DNA of 64,000 nt from Cyanophora paradoxa CCMP329 (lineage: Eukaryota > Plantae > Glaucophyta), in contig QPMI01000084.1 of assembly GCA_004431415.1 (NCBI GenBank), positions 100,951 to 164,950 on the forward strand, in the 5' to 3' direction. The notes below the pieces were generated by a model, which worked only from the letters and a program-made list of their open reading frames with translations, searched no databases and was not told where the DNA came from. Shown in pieces: positions 26,174 through 39,289 of this stretch. A program made the translations under genes and the position numbers. How positions within the stretch are numbered: position 1 is the stretch's first letter; every line of letters begins with the position of its first letter.

Positions 26174-29100
26174 TCACTCGGGCAGCTCCGTATCTAGGTC
26201 TATATAGCTATAGGCAGGACTGGTAGAGACTAGTACTGCAGCTGCGCCACCCGCTTCCTCGGGCCCTAGGCCTGCCGCGACGGACTCGCGAGCCGTCGCT
26301 GCTACTGGAGCCGCCTGAAGGGGCTGCCAGGCGGCGACCGCGAGCGCCGGCCACGCCTGATCATGAGAAACAGAGGCCGCAGCGGGGAACGGCTCAGACG
26401 GCGCGGGCGCTGGCGGCGAGCTGGACGCTTGCAATTGGGTGGCTGCGAGGGCGAAGCCTTGCGCAAGTTGGGAGTGACCGCCGAAGAGCGGAGCTGCGCT
26501 CTCGTCGCGATCGGATAAATCTAAATCGCAAAACGGGGGAGCCTGGCCGGGAGCGAGCGGCTTGATGGGGGTGGCATGCATATGGGCTGCGGCCGCATCC
26601 GCGGCCGCCCCTGCCTGCGTCGCGCCAACGTGAGGCTGCCAGCTCGCTCCGCCCTTAAGCTTCCCCACCGCCCCCGTCGCCCGAATTGCGCCGGGGCTGC
26701 AGCTGCCGATGATCACGCAATCCCCGTCCGAGCCCTCGCTCTCGTCCGAATGCGGAGGCAAAAAGGGCTCCACGCCGGCGTGCGACGGAAGCGGGAGCGG
26801 AAGCGCCAGCGGCTGCGGCTGCTGCGGCTGCAGCTGCCCGACCGGCAGCACAGCGCTGCTGCAGCCAGCCGCGGCCACGGGGAGCGCGATGGCGAGTGCT
26901 CGGCTGTACATGTCGCCTCTCTCCGGATCCTCTTCTCCCTCGTCCTCGCCGCTGCCGCTGCTGCTGCTGCTGTCTCGCGGGGCTCCCGGGGCCCGAGGCC
27001 CGCCCCACTTCTGCACCTGCCGCTGCGCCGCCTCCCGCTTCTTCTCACGCGCAGCCTCCTCGCTCGCCTGCCGCGCCACCCGCGCCGCCTCCGCCTCCCC
27101 CTCCCGCTTCTCCGCCTCCGTGAGCCTGCAAAGGCAAGGTCGCTTATGCGAAGGAAACGCTGGATATAATTAATTATATAAGCTTCAGCCGCGGGCGGAC
27201 CGGCCGGCGGGGTCGTCGTCGGCGAGGAGGGACTCGTGGTCGTGCACGCCCAGCACCACCATCCCCGCCGGCGGCGGCCCCCGCGCCTGCCGCGCGCGTC
27301 GCGCCCTCCATTACGCGAGGCACGCTGGCGCGTGCGGGCGGCACGGTTTAGAATTTCAGAATAGCGGACCCGCTTGAGGCGCTTGCCGGGGGATGGCACG
27401 CCCAGCGGGCGCAGCGGGTCCGCGTGCGCGTGCGCGTGGGCGGGCCCGCCGCAGCCACCATCGTCTTCCAACTCCACCCCGACGTTGTCGTCGTCTTCGT
27501 CGTCGTGGCCGGGCGGAGCCGGCACCGAGTACGCCCGCACAATCGACTGCGTTTGTTTGGCACGGGTCGGAATTCGAAGTCGAACAACGCGGAGCAAAGA
27601 CATGGGACGCACGGCCAAGATAGCGTCCTGCTCCAGAAAGGAGGCGTAGCGGGACGGGTACTGCCAGTCCAGCGGCACCTGCTCGGGCGGAACCCGATCA
27701 GATTTTAACGATGGCCAGCCCTCCAAATTAAACGGAAAGAGAGCGAAAGGGCGCGCCGAAAGGTACTCCCTGGCCTCCTGGCGGGCGACGTGCCGCGCCG
27801 TCGTCTCGCTGTCCACCGTCCGCCGGAACAGCGACTGCTTCACCACCTGCGGCGGGTCCTATACGTAAATACTTTGAGACAGACAGCGATCGTCTGAGGC
27901 GTCCAGCGGATTATATAATTAAGTACAAACTCCAGGATTTTGATTATGCAAAAGAGACGTTTTATGGCCGTCATCTAAATTAGCGCCGGACCTGATTGGC
28001 GTAGACGCGGGCCTCGATGGTGCCCCCAGCGACGAGCCGGTACACAAACACATCCTTCTTCTGCCCTGCGAGGCGGGGGCGGGGGCGGGGGCGGGGCTCG
28101 CAATCCTCTCAAACTTCCAAGATGCGAAAACCGAGAAACGAAAAGGGGGCGTGCCGTAGCGGTAGGCACGGAAGAGCGCCTGCGTGTCTGCACGCGCACA
28201 CGGGCGGTCAACGTTCGGAGCAGCGGTCGTCGACGTCGGATAATACGCCGGATCGGTATCGGGTTTCGAATTCGGCGCACCGTTGCAGGGGTTCCAGCAG
28301 ACGTCCATGATGACGATGCGGTTCGCAGCGACGAGGTTCACCCCGATGCCCCCCGCCACTGCGCAGGCGGACAGACAAACAGCGGTTTGTTTCACGTGCA
28401 CAGCGGTGCGGCGCCCGAGGCGCACCAGTGGAGATGAGGAAGAGGGTCGCCTCAGGCCGCGCGTTGAACCTGCGCGCGCGGGCGCCGGCGCCGGCGCCGG
28501 CGATCGGAAAGAACGACGGGGCGGGGCGGGGCGGGGCGGGGCGGGGCGGGGCGCGCCGGTCGATGTGCTGCTGGCGGTCGCGCGGGTCCGTCGAGCCGTC
28601 GATGCGGAACGCCGTCCTCCCGAACTCGTACCTGAATTTCGAATTCTGAAATCGGATTTTCGAAGGCTTGAGAGCGGCCTCACCCCAGCTCGTCGGCGGC
28701 GGCCTCCTGGAGGACGTCTAGCGTCGAGAGCGAGGTGCTGAAGACGAGGACCTGGCGCGCAGGCGCGCGATCAGACCTAGCTTTTGGACAAGCGAATGAT
28801 ATTATTCGAATTCCCTCTAAAATTCGAGCGCTAGCGCTGTACCTTGTCGCCGATTGCGACGCACTGCTTGACGATGTCGAGCGCGACGGCAATCTGCATA
28901 ATTCGAATTCATATATTTACGGCGCGAAATCTGCAGCTCGCGATCGCTCGCCTTGGGGGCGTCGCGGGGCGCGAAGGGCGGGCGCTTCTCGAAGTCCGGC
29001 GGGACGAAAGACTTGTACTTGATCTAATCGGAGTCGATAAAAGCGGCGGGTGCAAGCGAGCTCGAGATCGGTAGCCATAGGCGCGAATTCATCGCGGGCA

Positions 29101-32100
29101 CCTTGGGCGGAGTCCGGAGGCGCCGCCCGCGGCCGGGTGCGGGCGCGGGCGCGTCGGCGTTCTCCTCCTCCTCCTCCTCTTGCTCCTCCAGGTCGTCGTC
29201 GAGGCCGACCTCATCGTACCCCTGCGCAAGCGGGCGGGCACCGCGAGCCCCATGAATATGAAATCTATGAGACGGCCTTGCTTCAATAAAATACGTTTAT
29301 CAGTAAAACAAAGGTCTTAGATACGTCCTTGCTTCAATAAAATACATTTTTCCGTTAAGAAGCTTTTTGTTTTCGTTAGGGAGCGTGCACGCACGAGGTG
29401 GCCGTGGAACTCGGCGCGCACGCGCGCGAGGTACCGCCTAAGAACCTCCGGCGTGTTCATGATCTACGAGCGAGGACGCTAGATGTCAGATACGCCCTTG
29501 CTTCAATAAGATACATATGCATTTATCAGTTAGGAACCTTGTGGGCGACGATGCGGACGATCAGCGGGTTGGAGGAGAGGTCGCAGTCGGGTAGGAGCGT
29601 GCCGTTCACGGCCGCCGCCACAATCCCCGCGTACAGGCCCGCCTGCGCCCAAATGAACTGGCAAGGACTCTACTTGGTGCAGAAACCTGCGCTCGAGGGC
29701 GCACCGAGAGGGGGTCGAGGGCGACTTGGATCACGAACTCGCGCTTCTGCTCGCGAATATAAAAGGCCGTGGAGGGCCGGCCGGGTCGGGCCGGCCGAGC
29801 CGGGGCGGCGGGGGCGGACGAGGCGGGCGGAGGCGTGGGAGATGGCCTCCCGGAGGAAGCCTGCGTCCCGCCGCTCCACGAAGCCCCGCACTTTCTGCGG
29901 CAGGTTTAACTTCAGACCATACAAACTCGGGGGCGGGGGCGGCCCAGGGCCCGGGGCGGACCTGGTGGAGGACGAAGAGGCGCTGGTACATCCTCCGCAC
30001 GTCCTCCGCCGAGCTGTCCCGGAAGCTGCAGGGGGGTTCGATTATGATTAGAGCTCGAGTCGGCTTTGAGTTGAAGGAAGAGGGGCGCGCGCGCCTGCCC
30101 TGGTCGATGGGGAAGATGAATGTCTTCCAGAACTCGCGCAGCGTCCGCAGTTTCTTCGGCTGCACGTAGCTGATCATGTGGTAGTACTCCCTGTCGATCC
30201 GCGGGGTACCGGCGTCTCAGATCCTTGGTAAACAAAAGCGGGCCGCGGCCGGCGCGGGCCGGGGCGGATGCGGACCAGAGGTTGTTCTGGAGGGGGTAGC
30301 TGAAGACGGAGGGGCGTACGCGTGATCATGATCATGATCAGAAGAAGGTGCAGAGCGCGAGGCGAAGCGCGCGCGCGCACCCGGTCAGGATCACCTGCGA
30401 TCGATATCGACGTGGCAGTAAGCGGCGAATTGAATATTAATGTCAGAGCGGCTCGCAGGGGTCGGATTGCAGCGGGGGGCGCACCCGTCTGCGGGCGTTC
30501 ACGAGCTCCGCGGCGACGGTCGTCTGAGACTCGTCGGACTGCGCGAGGGCGCTCAAAATTCAAGCAACTCCGCGAGGCGGCGGTGCCGGCCTGGGCCTGC
30601 AGCCGGCGGGGCGGGGCGGGGCGGGGCGGGGCGGGCGGGCCTTGAGGCGGTGGCCCTCGTCGAGGACGACGACGTCGAGCAGGCGCGACGCGTGCGCCGG
30701 CCCCAGCCGCTCGCTGCGCCGCATAGACGTTGCGAGGTTGCGCAGGCAGGTCGGGGATCGGGCCGGGTGCGCAGACAAGGACGGACCTGGTGAGGAGGAG
30801 CCGCCAGTCGCGCCACCGCTCCTCGCCCGGCCCGTCCAGCCTGTCCCTCCTGATCCGCTGCTTCGCCTGCGCTGTTGTTAAAGCAGTACAGGAAGAAAGA
30901 CGCGAATTTGAGGGACGCACCTGGATTAGCTTCCGGTTCGCCTTGGGCATGGCCCGATCCTGCGGCCCGGTCGCTTCAATTCGGGTTATAAATAGACACG
31001 CCTTGGGAGCTCGAGCGCACGATGAGGTGCTTGCGGGAGACGGGCGCCCTGCCCTGCGCCTCCCGCTCCTCGTTCAGGCGCCGCATCGCCTCCGCCGTCA
31101 CCCGCACCGCCATCCGCCGCTGCGCGCAAGCGGGGGCGGTCGGTCGGCGGCCGATTCGTCGCGTCCTTCCCGTCCCCTCTGAACCCGGGCCGGCGCGGAG
31201 ACGCACCAACTTTGCGCGCGCTTTGTTCACTGCGAGCGGAAGGGCGCAAGTGAACAAGGGCGGTTGCAGAACGGTGGCATTGTAGACTGCGAGACGACGC
31301 GCACCCATCTCGCGGTGCTTCGGGGGTAGGACCAGGTTCCGGAAGCGCTCGTACCCCACGAGGAGGGCGCCCCCGAACTGCCGCCACGCCTCCAGCTTGC
31401 CCTTCACCTGCGCATACGCGAGATCGGATATCTTTTCAAAGAGATCCTAGGTGAACAAATTAGAACGAAACACGATCGGACCTGGTCCGTGGGCACGTCC
31501 TCGAGGGTGTGGACGAAGAAGGGGTCGGCGTTCCCCGGGAGCCAGCGGGCGAGCTCGCAGAGCCAGTTCTCCAGCGTGTTTACGGGCACGACGAGGAGGA
31601 AGCAGGGGGTGCGGTGCACGCCGAGATCGCGCCGCGCCTGCAGGTGCCGCGTGTGCAGGAACGCGATCGTCTGCAAGGGAATGGTTTAAGGCGTGATTAG
31701 AAAGGGCGGGGCGCGCGGGGTAATTATAAGAGGGCCAGGGAGCGGAGGGGGCCGGGAAATAACCGAGAGCGTCTTGCCGAGGCCCTGCGCACCCAAGTAA
31801 GATTTAATTTGAGGCGGGGAAGCGCCGGGCGCGGGGGGAGGGGCGGGGTGGGAGGGGGGGGGGGGGGAGGGGGTGGGGGGTGGGGGGAGGGAGGGAGGGA
31901 GGGGGGAGGGGGCGGGTACCATGCAGTGGGCTAGGATGCCCCCGCCGATCGCCACTGATCCACCGGTACCCCGGCCCGGCCCCCCGGTCAGCACTCGGAT
32001 TTGGAGAGCTTGCGAGGGCGGGGCGGCCGCACCGGAGGGGCCGCGCCGGCGCGTCCGGGCCCTCTGCTGCGCCGCGCCGGCGTCCAGCTGGGCCTGCCGC

Positions 32101-33355
32101 TCGTCGATCTGCGCGCCGCGCGCCGGGATCAATTTCAGACCCGCGAAGAAATTCAAGGGGGAATCAGAAAGGCGGAAGAAGAGTTTAAAAGGCGGATGGA
32201 ATTAGGAAGAAGTGGCTGAAGGGCCAAAGAGGAATGAAAAAGCCGGGATCGAATTAATGAAGGGCGCGCACCTCGGTGACGCAGACGCGCCATAGGAACC
32301 GGACGGCCTCGAGCTGGTGGCCCTTCAGCTCCCCCGCGAGGGCGCTGTGCACCAGCGCCCCCGGCCCCGCCTCCCGCCCCGCCGCCGGCAGCTCCCGCCC
32401 GTCCCACTCCCGCCCCCGCGGCGCCTGCCGCTGCAGCTGCGGGCCCGAGCCCGGGGCAGAGGCAGAGGCAGAGGCAGAGGCCGGGACGAGCTGCAGGGAC
32501 GGTCGCGAGGAGCCGGAGGAGCGCCCGGCGCCGCCGCCGCTGTTGCCGCCCCGCGCCCGCCTCCCGCCGCGGCCGCCGGCGCCGCGCCCAGCTTCCCTCG
32601 TCTTCTTCTTCTTCTTCTTGGGCGAGTCCTCCTCCTCGTCGCCCTCATCGAGGTCCTCCTCGCGGTACACGGGCCCCACCAGCGCCTCCCCGTCCTCCTC
32701 CCCCTCCCCGCGAGCTGCGCCGGAGCCGCCGTCGGCGCCGCCGCCAGCGCCAGGGCCCTCGAGCTCGAGGCCGGGCTCGCGATCGAGCTCGCCGGCGTTC
32801 GCGCTGGGCCCGGGGAAGAGCCGCCGGGGGCCGCGACGGGGGCGACGACCGCGGCGGGCGCGGGCGCGGGCTTGGCCGCAGGCGCTGAAGCGGCCGCGTG
32901 GCACTGCGCATGCGCCGGCGGCGGCGCCGGCCTTGCTTGCGCCGGCCTAGCTTGTGTCTGCGGCGCTGCCGGCTTCGGCGCCGGCGCCGGCGTCGCCTGA
33001 GGTTCTTTCTTCGGTCGCTTGAAGACGCGCAGCTCTGCGCACGCGCATCCCTCAGAGAGCGCGAGAGCAGAGAGGCAAGCAGCGTATACGTAATTGGACT
33101 CGCACCGTTCAGCTCCTCGTCATCACCGGGGAGCGCCCTCGCCGGCTGCCGCGGCGCAGGCGGCCTCGCCGGCGCGAGACGAGCCGCCGGAAGGGGCGCT
33201 TGCGCCGAGGCCCCTGTATACAAAGGGATCGCCGCCGCTGCCGCGAGCGTCGTTGAGGCGAACGCGTGCGTGGGAGCCGCTGCAGCTGGCGATATCGATG
33301 TCGATGCGATCGGAGGGCCCGCGCCTGCTCGAGCCCCGCTGCTCGGATCGCTCAT
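26174..33355 (-). CDS. SNF2-family ATPase, ATRX/RAD54L2(ARIP4)-like, multi-exon
   Basis: LKGHQLEAVRFLW; GGILAHCM|GLGKT; LVVPVNTLENW; VGYERFRNL; VVLDEGHRLK; EYYHMISYVQP; VLVFSTSLSTLD; RIDGST; GGIGVNLVAANRIVIMDVCWNP; QALFRAYRYG; QKKDVFVYRLV. Confidence 0.9.
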
Positions 33356-33772
33356 GCTTCCTTCGTCTTCGACTGGCCCAGTGGCGTTGTACCGCTGCTG
33401 ATGATCCCCGCTGCTCGCGCAGTTTCGCTTCAGATCTCCGCGCGCGGCCCCAGCCGCGGCCGAAAGCCGCGCATGCGCTCGACCTGGAGCTCGATGCCCT
33501 CGTTCAGCAGCAGATGCTCGCGAGCTCGAGGGGGCGCGTGGCCCCAGCCGAAGGGAGCTCCTGCTTGGTGCTGGGCAGTTACTGATCGGGGCCCTGCAAG
33601 CTGTGTGATAGAGCTCTCTGTGACTTTCTCCTCGCGTTTAACCAATCCGCCCCGCCGCGCGTGCTCCGGGTGCGCTCTTCAAGTTTGCCTGGAGGGGTAC
33701 AGCTCATCGGTCAGCCATCTGAAGCTCGCCCCGCAACCTGGGAATCAGAGCCGCGGCGGAAGCGACGTAGCT

Positions 33773-36630
33773 ATGTGCTCGTGCGGCCGCGCGGACGACG
33801 AGCCGGAGTCCGAGAGGCAGCCGCCCTTGAAGCGGGCCCGGCGCGCGGAGTACGAGCCGCATCAGCAGCTTCCTGCACCGGGAGAGCGCTCCGGAGCGGA
33901 AGCGGAGGAAGGCGCGCTCGCCCCCGGCGTCTGCCAGGTCGACCATGTTCCTTCAGTCGCCGCCAGTGAAGCCGCGAGCGGGCCCGACGCGACAGCGGCG
34001 GCCGTGGGAAGCTGTTCGATGCCGCCTGAGCACAGTACCACGCGATCCGAGCCCCCCGCGCCCGGAGCGCCGGATCGGGAAGGAGCGGGCGGGGAGGGAG
34101 CGGCGGTCGCCGCCGGTACGGAGCAGGCGGCGGTCGCCGCGGGCCGGGTGTTGACGCTCGACGACCTCCCCGACGAGATCATCATCGAAATCGTGAAGCG
34201 CCTGGACCGCCTGGGCTCCCTCCGCGGCTTTGGGCGCGTCTCCCGCCGCTACCGGGCCGCAGTCCGCGACCCGCGCATCTGGGAGGAGGTGCGCGGCGCG
34301 GTTTCGATCCCCGGCGCCTTCTGCGGCCGACGCCGACGCCGCGCGCGCTCAGATCTTCATCGGGATCGGGGACCAGGCGGCGGTGAACGTGGGTGGCCTC
34401 CTCGCGCTCCTCGCGGCCGTCTCCACGCGCCTGCGCTGCTTCACGTGCCGCTGCCCGCGCCTGCTCGACTCCGGCGTCGCCCCGCTCGCCATTCGCGCCT
34501 CGACCTTGACATCCCTCGACCTCGGCGGCTGCAGGCGCCCCGCCCCGCCCCGCCCGGCCGCTCGCCCCCTCCTCGCTCGCTGACGCCGGGCCGCCGCAGC
34601 GCGCTGACGCCGGCGGTGCTCACGGAGCTGGCGCCCTGCGCGTCCCTCGCCGTCCTCACCCTCGACCGCTGCTTCCGGCCCCCGCCCGGCGGCCACGCAC
34701 TCATCCCCGACGAGTCCGCGTAGCCCCCCCCTGCGCCCCGCGCCCCCGCCGACCGCGCCGCAGGCACGCGGCGGCGCTGTGCGGCATGCCGCGGCTCGCG
34801 TGCCTGGACACGGGCTACGGCGCCCTCTCCCCGGCCGCCCTCGCCCGCCTCGCCGCCGCCGCGCCGCTCCTCCGCAAGCTGCACACGGCGCTCGACGCGG
34901 AGTCGCCGGCGGCGGCGCCGCGGCACGTGGCGGGCGTCTCGGCGGCCGTCGCGCAGTGCGGGGCGCTAGAGGACCTGCGCCTCTCGTCCGCGGGGGACCC
35001 CCTCCTCGCCCCGGAGTCCGCCCTGGACCCCCTCGCCGCCCTCGCCCGCCTCCGCAGCCTCCGCCTCGACGGCATCGCAGTGCGCTTGAGATCGCGATCC
35101 TCCTCCGCTCGCCCAGCCGACCCGCTGAACCGGCCCGCTCGCTCCAACAGGTGAGCGGGTGCCCGGACGACGCGGTGCGGCTTGCCTTCCTGCGGCCCCT
35201 CGCCCGCCTCCGCCGCCTCTACCTCGCCCTCTGGTCCTCCCAGGTGCCCGCCCGCCCGCCCGCCCGCCCCGCCGGCCCCTCACGCGGGCCAGACGCTGCA
35301 CTCGGCGGGGCCGCTGGAGGGGATGACCGACCTCGAGCACCTCGTCCTCGTCGCCTACTCCTACACCCCGGAGGCCCGCCCCCGCGCCCCTCACGCCCAC
35401 GCCTCTAGCGGCCTGGGCGAGAAGGCTAGGGGACGGCTAGAGGCGAGAGGGCGGCTAGGCGGGACGGCTGGCGGGCGGATAGAGGGGACGCCGCCGACCC
35501 CCGCGGCCCCGCCCTTACCTTACCTTGAACCTCCTCGCTTACCCATATCCCTCCTCCTCCTCCTCCGTCTCCGTCGTCCTTCCCCCCCCCCCCCCCGCCC
35601 CCCGCTCGATGCCTTCCTTACCTTGAACCTGCTCGCCCACTCACACACCCCCTCCGTCCTCTTCCTCCTCCTCTCACCGCGCCGTCTCGGACTTCAGGCG
35701 GAGGAGGAGCTGCTGCGGGTGCTGGCGGCGCGGGCGCCCCGCCTCCGCGCCCTCGTCCTCTCCCTCAGTCCGCCCCGCCTTCTCCCGCCGCCCGCCCCTC
35801 TCACGCACGCCATAGCGCACTCGGCGAGGCTCCTCCGGTCGGCCCCGCAGGTGCCCCCTGCCCCGCCTCCCCCTCCCGCCCTCCGCCCTCAGCTCACTCC
35901 GCCCCCCCCCCCCCCCCCCCCGCCCCCCAGATGGTGTCGCTGGTGCACCTGCAGCTCGTCGTCGCCGCCTCTGTCTTCGAGGTCCGCCCCGTCCGCGCTT
36001 TAGACCCGGGCCCATGCTGGGCTCCCCGCCGCCGTCCCGGGCCCAGCCTCTGTCTTAGTTCGGATCCCCTCTGATGCGAATCTGGCAGGAGGAGGACGTG
36101 CCGGGGGTACTGGCGGCGTGCCCCGCCCTCGCCTGCGTGACGATCCTACTGGACCGACCCCCCGCCAACGCCGCCCGCCTCGCCGCCCTCCCCAAGGCAC
36201 GCCCCGCTCGGCAGGGCTTGCTCAGCTTGGCTGAGCCGCCCGGTCCGTGTGCGCGCGCAGCTGCGGGAGCTGAAGCTGCACGAGACGTCGGGGGCCGGCT
36301 GGGGACCCCTCGCGGCCGAGGTCGCCTTCGCCCGCCCCGCCCCGTCTCTTAAGAGGGCTGACGCGGGGCGGGCAGATGGAGGCGGCGCTCCCGGGGGCGC
36401 GCCTCGCCCTCCGGTCCGCGGGGGAGGCCGCCGGCCCCGAGGCCCCGCCGGCGCCGCCGCCCCGCGCCCCACGCGCACGAGCACCCTTAGGGCCGCCCCT
36501 CCCGGGTTCGGCCGCGGTTATGTACGTGTGCATAATGAATTCAGATCGGTTCTGGATCTCAGCTTTTAGCTGTATATCAATCACGGCGCGCGCCGATTCT
36601 CAGCTTAACACTGGTGGCGGCGCGCACTGA
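33773..36630 (+). CDS. F-box/leucine-rich-repeat protein, multi-exon; 3' end approximate
   Basis: F-box LTLDDLPDEIIIEIVKRL..RVSRRYRAAVRDPRIWEEV; LRR-like units LTSLDLGGC, LAVLTLDRC, LEDLRLS, LRSLRLDG, LRRLYL; head-to-head with the SNF2 gene across ~420 bp. Confidence 0.8.
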
Positions 36631-37903
36631 ACATGCGAAGGAGAATTGCAGTTTATTCGAAGGGCGTACCCCTCACGAAAGCAACCGGTTCGATCGCGGG
36701 GTCCAGTCATGTTCGCGGTGCCTGCGGCGGGCGCGTCCGCTGCCGATGGACGGGTGCGCCGCCGGACGTCGACTGCGCTCGGCACGCGCCGGCATCGGCC
36801 TCGGCGCGCGCGCCGGGCGCCACATATGCATCATGGCATGCACGTGCACATGCATGCATGGCCGGTTGACAGGTTGTACGCGTGCGTCGCGCAGGCCTCC
36901 GTCCATGGCCAGACGCGTACGATGGCGGCGTGGGGTCAAGGTTTGACATGCGGTGCAAGCAGCACAATTACAAGTCGGCCGCACGCCACGGCTGCGGCCG
37001 GTCATGCTTCCAGTTCTCTTCCAGCATATGCATTCACCGGATGGAAACAGCGCGAGCCGTGTGGTCTACATCTGCATTGGCAGCTGCAGCTGCAGCGGCG
37101 CCGCGTTTCCGTACATGTTCACAAGCTCTTCCCCCACGCGTACGGCTGCGGCCGCGGCCGCCTCGGCCTGCAGCTGCAGCCGTCGCAATCCACGCCGCCA
37201 GCTGATTATGACCAACCGCACCCCTTCAACATCTTTCCACTTTTCGCGTCAGCCGATCGCCAGGGAGTCAAACGGCTGCAGAGCAGGCGGAGTGTCAACG
37301 CCACAAACCTTCGATTGAACTTGATTCACGAGCACATGAGGCTCCGATTGCGAAGACTAACGCACAAGTCCTATCTCCGCAAGCTTTTTAAAATTTCGAC
37401 GCCATTAAAGGTCCTCCGTCATAAGCATGGCGCCGAGCAAGGGGCTCGCATGCAGGTGACCCCCACCAATTCGCGCGACCATTTTCAATAAGCACATTTA
37501 CAGCATCGCGAATCTCAGTCACAAAATCGTTAAAAAATCATAAATTCGCACTGAGCCACACTACATTTTTCAAACATCTAACTCCTCCTTACTGAAACCA
37601 ATCACGAAACCCTTTCATTCTTCATTTTTCTAATCCCTTACCATTTTCAGTAAGCCCTAAAACCCTCTCTCGATTTCTCAGTAAGGACAGTAAGACCCTT
37701 ATTTTTACGAAATGTTCCGATCGTTTCCAGACTGTTTACAGTTACCCAAATTGAAAAATCAAGGTGACCCCACCGATAGCCTTAATCCGGATGGATCAAA
37801 TACGAAATCAAGGTGAACCCCACCGATAGAGTACGATAATCGACAAAGTACGACGATAGAACACGATTAATCGATTTATCGCAAGCAATGAAAAATAACG
37901 AAA

Positions 37904-38022
37904 GCAAGTTTGTGCATGAGCAAGCATGCCGAAAATGCCCACCTGCACAAACTTGCGACTTCAATCGAAATGTACTTCAATCGAAATGTACTTCAATCGA
38001 AATGTACGAATCGAAATGTACG
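37904..38022. repeat. 13-bp inverted repeat followed by a 16-bp tandem repeat
   Basis: GCAAGTTTGTGCA (37904-37916) / TGCACAAACTTGC (37944-37956); ACTTCAATCGAAATGT x3 plus partial copies. Confidence 0.9.
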
Positions 38023-38073
38023 ATTAGCATATTTACGACAAAGTACGACGATAGACCACGTTAAAATACACTC

Positions 38074-39250
38074 GCGCCCCGCCCACTATGCAAGATACAT
38101 GCAAACTACATGCGAGTTCTATGAAAACAATAACGATTTAGTCATGTATATATTTCGTATATATGTCCGAACCTCCGTGTGTGTGATCCCGCGCAACTTT
38201 GATTTTTTGTGTTTGTTTTTTTCGTTTTTTTCGCATATGACGACATATACATATATACCGGCGTCACCGACATATTCGGGGTCATCACATCACGGCGACT
38301 CCGGAAATGTTTGGCATGCCACATATATATATCATATATATACAAATATGTCGACCAATCAGCTGAGGCTCTAAATTCGATTGATTGGGCGATAGTATCG
38401 CCCCATAGTATGACCTCAGGGCGATAGTATCGCCCCATAGTATGACCTCAGGGCGATAGTATCGCCCCATAGTATGACCTCAGGGCGATAGTATCGCCCC
38501 ATAGTATGACCTCAGGGCGATAGTATCGGTGGATAGTATCGCTGTATAGTATCACCCGGGCGATAGCATCACCGGACAGCATCGCCGGTAATGTGATAAA
38601 TCAGCTGATAGGTCTGATCGTAGTGTGATAAATCAGCTGATAGGGCTGATCGTATTGTGATAAATCAGCTGATAGCTATATAGGGCTGATCGTAGTGTGA
38701 TAAATCAGCTGATCGCCATCTGATAAATCAGCTGCGAAGGGCTGATCGTAGTGTGATAGGTGATAGTATCCGGATTGGCTACAATTGCGGATGCTGACCA
38801 ATCACAAACGAGTCCCGACCCCCGAGTCCCGAGTCCCGACGTTAGCATTAACCACCGGCTGCCGGCGCCGGCGTGCGCGGCTGTGTGGTATTTACCGTAA
38901 CACCGGCGATCGCGACTTCGCGGAGACCCCCCCTTCCGTTTTTCCCGCATAACTTTGGACTGGAAGCCGATCTCGGCGCGCTCTCAATTGCTACGTGCTC
39001 GTAACTTGCTTCCGGGCATGATGATGCTAGTTTGACTAGCTTAGTCGCCGGGCGCGCGAAACCCCAGTTCGCCAACGGCACAAGTGCCCGAAAACCGAGG
39101 TGTCCGCTACATTCTGAGCGCCGGCGCGCGTTCCCGGAGAGCTGCACTAGTCAAACTTTGCATCCGTGTTCGTATAGAGTAGTTCTACGCTACTACAAAG
39201 CGGCGCGGTCTGATTCGCAAAGATCGCGATTTGGCGGCTACAAAAGCACA
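38074..39250. repeat. Non-coding terminal module, copy A (direct repeat of 44326-46090)
   Basis: 38074-38116 matches 44326-44368; 38129-38321 matches 45210-45400; 38809-39249 matches 45689-46090. Confidence 0.92.
38387..38765. repeat. Two 32-bp minisatellites within the terminal module of element A
   Basis: GGGCGATAGTATCGCCCCATAGTATGACCTCA x4+; GTGATAAATCAGCTGATAGGGCTGATCGTAGT x~5. Confidence 0.92.
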
Positions 39251-39289
39251 CACAGCTCGTAGCTCACAAAAATATCGACTTAAATAATA

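Noticed and set aside
16000-36600. Numerous Arg/Pro/Ala-rich antisense and alternative-frame ORFs
   Set aside because: Shadow ORFs of high-GC host exons
36614-37491. 281-aa ORF and overlapping ORFs
   Set aside because: Palindrome-rich, intergenic-like sequence with no motifs
37640-37700. Telomere-like CCCTAAA/CCCTTA words at the viral boundary
   Set aside because: Isolated, not a tandem array
38387-38765. CRISPR-like 32-bp repeats
   Set aside because: Units are directly tandem with no unique spacers, and no cas genes are present
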